59,390 nucleotides of DNA, taken from positions 1 through 59,390 of the forward strand of contig JARGFH010000022.1 of NCBI GenBank assembly GCA_029210695.1, given 5' to 3'. Positions 57,009 to 59,390 of the stretch are shown piece after piece. The notes under the pieces were generated by a model. It was not told where the DNA came from. It was given only the letters and a program-made list of their open reading frames with translations, and made no database searches. A program made the position numbers and the translations under genes. The stretch comes from Acidimicrobiia bacterium. Its GTDB lineage: Bacteria; Actinomycetota; Acidimicrobiia; Spongiisociales; JAHEDJ01. Each line of letters opens with the position of its first letter. Position 1 is the stretch's first letter.

Positions 57009-58175
57009 ATGGCGAACATCAGGAGACGGCAGACGGCAAGTGGCGAGACCCGCTGGGATGTCCGCTACCGCGATCCGGATACGAGAGATCGAACCCGTAC
57101 CTTCCATCGGAAGGCCGACGCACAGAAGTTCGCCAACGTGGTGGAAGCGGACATCACCCGCGGCGATTGGCTGGACCCTCAGCTCGGAAGGGAGACGTTC
57201 GGTGACTGGGCGAGTCGGTGGGTTCCGACCATCGCTGGCCTGACGCCAAAGACACGCGAGACCTACGAATCGATTCTCCGTCGCCATCTCCTCCCCCGCT
57301 TCGAGGACTTTCCCGTCAACCGCATCGACCATCCGACCGTCGTCGCGCTGATAGCCGAACTGACGTCGAATGGGGCGGGCGCAGGCACGGTGCGCAACAT
57401 ACGAGATGTGCTCCGGCTCGTGCTGGAGCTGGCGCGTCGGTCGGGTGCGATCAAGGTCAATCCGGTCGAGGGAGCTAAGGCACCCAAGAAGCCACTCGCA
57501 CAAATGGTGTTCTTGAACGCTGACGAGATCATGACCCTCGCCGATGAACTCACCGACCCGCCGATCAGACGAGGTGGCGGAGAGCACCGCCGGCCGAGCT
57601 ATCCGGAGCGTGGGCTTCTGGTCCGGTTCGCCAGCTTTACGGGTCTCCGGTCAGGTGAGATCGTGGCGCTGCGGACCGAGACAATGGACCTGCTCCATGG
57701 ACGTGTTCACGTCGTCGCCTCCGCAACAGAGGCGTACGGCAAGCTGCAGTTCGGCTCCCCGAAGACGTACCAACGCCGGACGGTGCCGCTCCCCCAGGCA
57801 CTCGTCGACGAGCTGACGACGTCTCTGGCCGGCAAGGCGAGTAGCGACTTCGTGTTCACATCGTCGAGAGGTGGCCCACTGCGGCACTCCAACTTCTATG
57901 CCCGACACTTCAAACCTGCCGTAATCCGGGCTGGCCTCCCGGAAGCCACCAGGTTCCATGACCTCCGCCACAGCTATGCAGCCATGCTCATCGCCGAAGG
58001 CGCCCACCCCAGAGCCATTATGGAGCGCCTCGGTCACAGCACGATCCAGGTCACCCTCGGCACCTACGGTCACCTGTTCCCAAGCCTGGAAGCGTCGCTC
58101 ACCGAAGCACTCGACGACGTGTACCGAACGGCGGAGCCGACGCAACCAGCGGAGGTTCGAGAGATCGAAGGCTGA
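57009..58175 (+). CDS. int: Tyrosine integrase
   Basis: W.VRYRDP arm-binding domain, TGLRSGE, PKT, FHDLRHS, RLGH, TYGHL. Confidence 0.95.
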   Translation: MANIRRRQTASGETRWDVRYRDPDTRDRTRTFHRKADAQKFANVVEADITRGDWLDPQLGRETFGDWASRWVPTIAGLTPKTRETYESILRRHLLPRFEDFPVNRIDHPTVVALIAELTSNGAGAGTVRNIRDVLRLVLELARRSGAIKVNPVEGAKAPKKPLAQMVFLNADEIMTLADELTDPPIRRGGGEHRRPSYPERGLLVRFASFTGLRSGEIVALRTETMDLLHGRVHVVASATEAYGKLQFGSPKTYQRRTVPLPQALVDELTTSLAGKASSDFVFTSSRGGPLRHSNFYARHFKPAVIRAGLPEATRFHDLRHSYAAMLIAEGAHPRAIMERLGHSTIQVTLGTYGHLFPSLEASLTEALDDVYRTAEPTQPAEVREIEG

Positions 58176-58230
58176 GCGAGCAGGACGACGATCCATACAT
58201 ACGATCTCGAGGACCCACCAGGAGACCAGC

Positions 58231-58443
58231 ATGGCCGAATCCCTACGAACTCACGCACAAGACCTGGCCGACTACCTCAACGACACCGTGCTCGACTACG
58301 ACGAGGTGTCCTACGCGGACATACTCGAAGCGCTCGCGAGTCTGGGAACGACCCTCGTCGAAGATCCTGTCGCCGACAGCACCCTCACATACTACGAGTC
58401 ACTGCCCCGGCCGGAGCAGGAGTCCGGATCCGACTCCGACTGA
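58231..58443 (+). CDS. Small acidic hypothetical protein
   Basis: RBS AGGAG, 70-aa ORF. Confidence 0.55.
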   Translation: MAESLRTHAQDLADYLNDTVLDYDEVSYADILEALASLGTTLVEDPVADSTLTYYESLPRPEQESGSDSD

Positions 58444-58569
58444 GCCATGAGTTTCGGCCCGAGGCGTTGATGACGCCACCGCTGACCGCCATCACGCTAC
58501 GTGGCAACCCAATATCTGGGAACCGATCTAGATTGAAGCTCTTATGTGTCAACCCTCTTTCTTGGGGCC

Positions 58570-58750
58570 GGTTGCGGGTTGGCGGACATGACAGGGTTGG
58601 GCCACTGGGAGGCTCTCCGAGGGCATGCTCTTATTAGGTCACGCGAGTTCCGCTGCCGGGAGTTTGATCCTGGTGGGGGCGGGTCGGCAGTTCATTCATT
58701 GGACAGCTCCGGGGAGCGTCGGCCGGTTCAGGGGCCAGACCCAGCCCGGA
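58570..58750 (+). ncRNA. Candidate IS110 bridge RNA, antisense and downstream of the recombinase
   Basis: ~200-bp non-coding segment; internal GCTCTTAT (58627-58634) equals the element-end sequence at 58538-58545. Confidence 0.5.
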
Positions 58751-58754
58751 ATGG

Positions 58755-59313
58755 TTAGACGGCGTGGGGGAGGTGCTTGAAGACCTCTCGGGCGGCGTAG
58801 CGTTTCAGGACCCGCACGATCTCAGCGATTGATTTGCCCTCGGCGGTTCGTCGTTGCACGTAGCGTTTGGTTTCCGCATCGGAGGACAGACGGCTGAGGA
58901 TGATCCGGTAGAGGGCATGGTTGGCTTGTCGATTGCCGCCCCGGTTGAGGCGGTGACGAACCACCTTGCCCGATGAAGCCTCCAGGGGTGCGACTCCACA
59001 CATGCGGGCAAAGGCGGCTTCGTTCTTCAACCGGTGTGAGTTGTCACCGGCGGCTACCAGCAGAATGGAGGCGACCTCGATTCCGACTCCGTTGATGTCG
59101 AGCAGGCTGGGAGCGGCAGCATTGATGAGGGGCCGGAGCAGGGTGCGGATCTGTTTGATCTGTGTCTCGAGGAGCTGGACTCGCTGGGCCAGGCTCTTGA
59201 GTGCCACTTTGGTGGCGTAGGTGACCGGATCACCGGTCTCCCGGGGACGAAGAGCGGCGGTCTGTTTGACCAGTTGGGTCTTGGTGAGCCCGAAGAACCG
59301 GTCCCGAAGTTCC
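58755..59313 (-). pseudogene. IS110 transposase, interrupted on the N-terminal side
   Basis: GVG, FA..CGVAP..ASSG...RHRLNRGGNRQANHAL, R.LKRY.ARE; similarity stops at PELRDRF. Confidence 0.85.
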
Positions 59314-59390
59314 GGGCGTGTCAGATCCTCTGTGTAAGAGGGGTGGCCTGACATAGTGACCCTGGCGGTTGGAGTCGGGGTCCGTGGAAG
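59314..59390. mobile_element. Terminus of a second IS (IS256-like inverted repeat) inserted in the IS110
   Basis: GGGCGTGTCAGATCCTCTGTGTAAG begins where transposase similarity ends. Confidence 0.5.

Larger units (their letters stand above)
5789..58443. mobile_element. Integrative conjugative element (T4SS, MOBF relaxase, Tad pilus, tyrosine integrase); right boundary not seen
   Basis: tRNA 3' fragment on the left; VirB4, VirD4, relaxase and xis-int inside; a shared promoter box across modules. Confidence 0.8.
58535..59313 (-). mobile_element. IS110-family element (3' part)
   Basis: Transposase C-terminal half; the end carries an outward TTGACA followed by CATAAGAGCTTC on the minus strand. 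Confidence 0.8.

Overview
High-GC, actinobacterial-looking DNA. Bases 1-5.7 kb are probably host chromosome: two DUF3892-like ORFs and a GntR/LacI-regulated NMT1/THI5-type ABC transporter with a nucleoside phosphorylase. The 3' half of a tRNA-Met at 5789-5836 marks the left edge of a >52 kb integrative conjugative element (ICE). Its backbone is a Gram-positive-type T4SS (TcpC, TcpE, VirB4, VirB6, wall hydrolase, VirD4), a MOBF relaxase with a candidate oriT, an ArdC-primase fusion, a Tad/Flp pilus cluster ending in a LysM-BTAD membrane protein, and xis-int. Cargo comprises a sigma-like/unknown/SMC-ATPase operon divergent from a Bub-like ubiquitination operon (Ubl, Cys-less E2, JAB-E1), DUF3800, TIGR02391, an adenine MTase plus PLD-SNF2 helicase, HigBA and a TGT-like TIM-barrel module. 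The main observations are: (1) the sigma-SMC plus ubiquitination locus; (2) one ~32-bp box at fixed spacing from a -10 hexamer upstream of all five ICE mobility modules; (3) a 3.7 kb tyrosine-recombinase element whose removal restores a tadE gene exactly; (4) an IS110 whose bridge-RNA-like region lies downstream and antisense. All family calls come from motif recognition by eye, not database searches.
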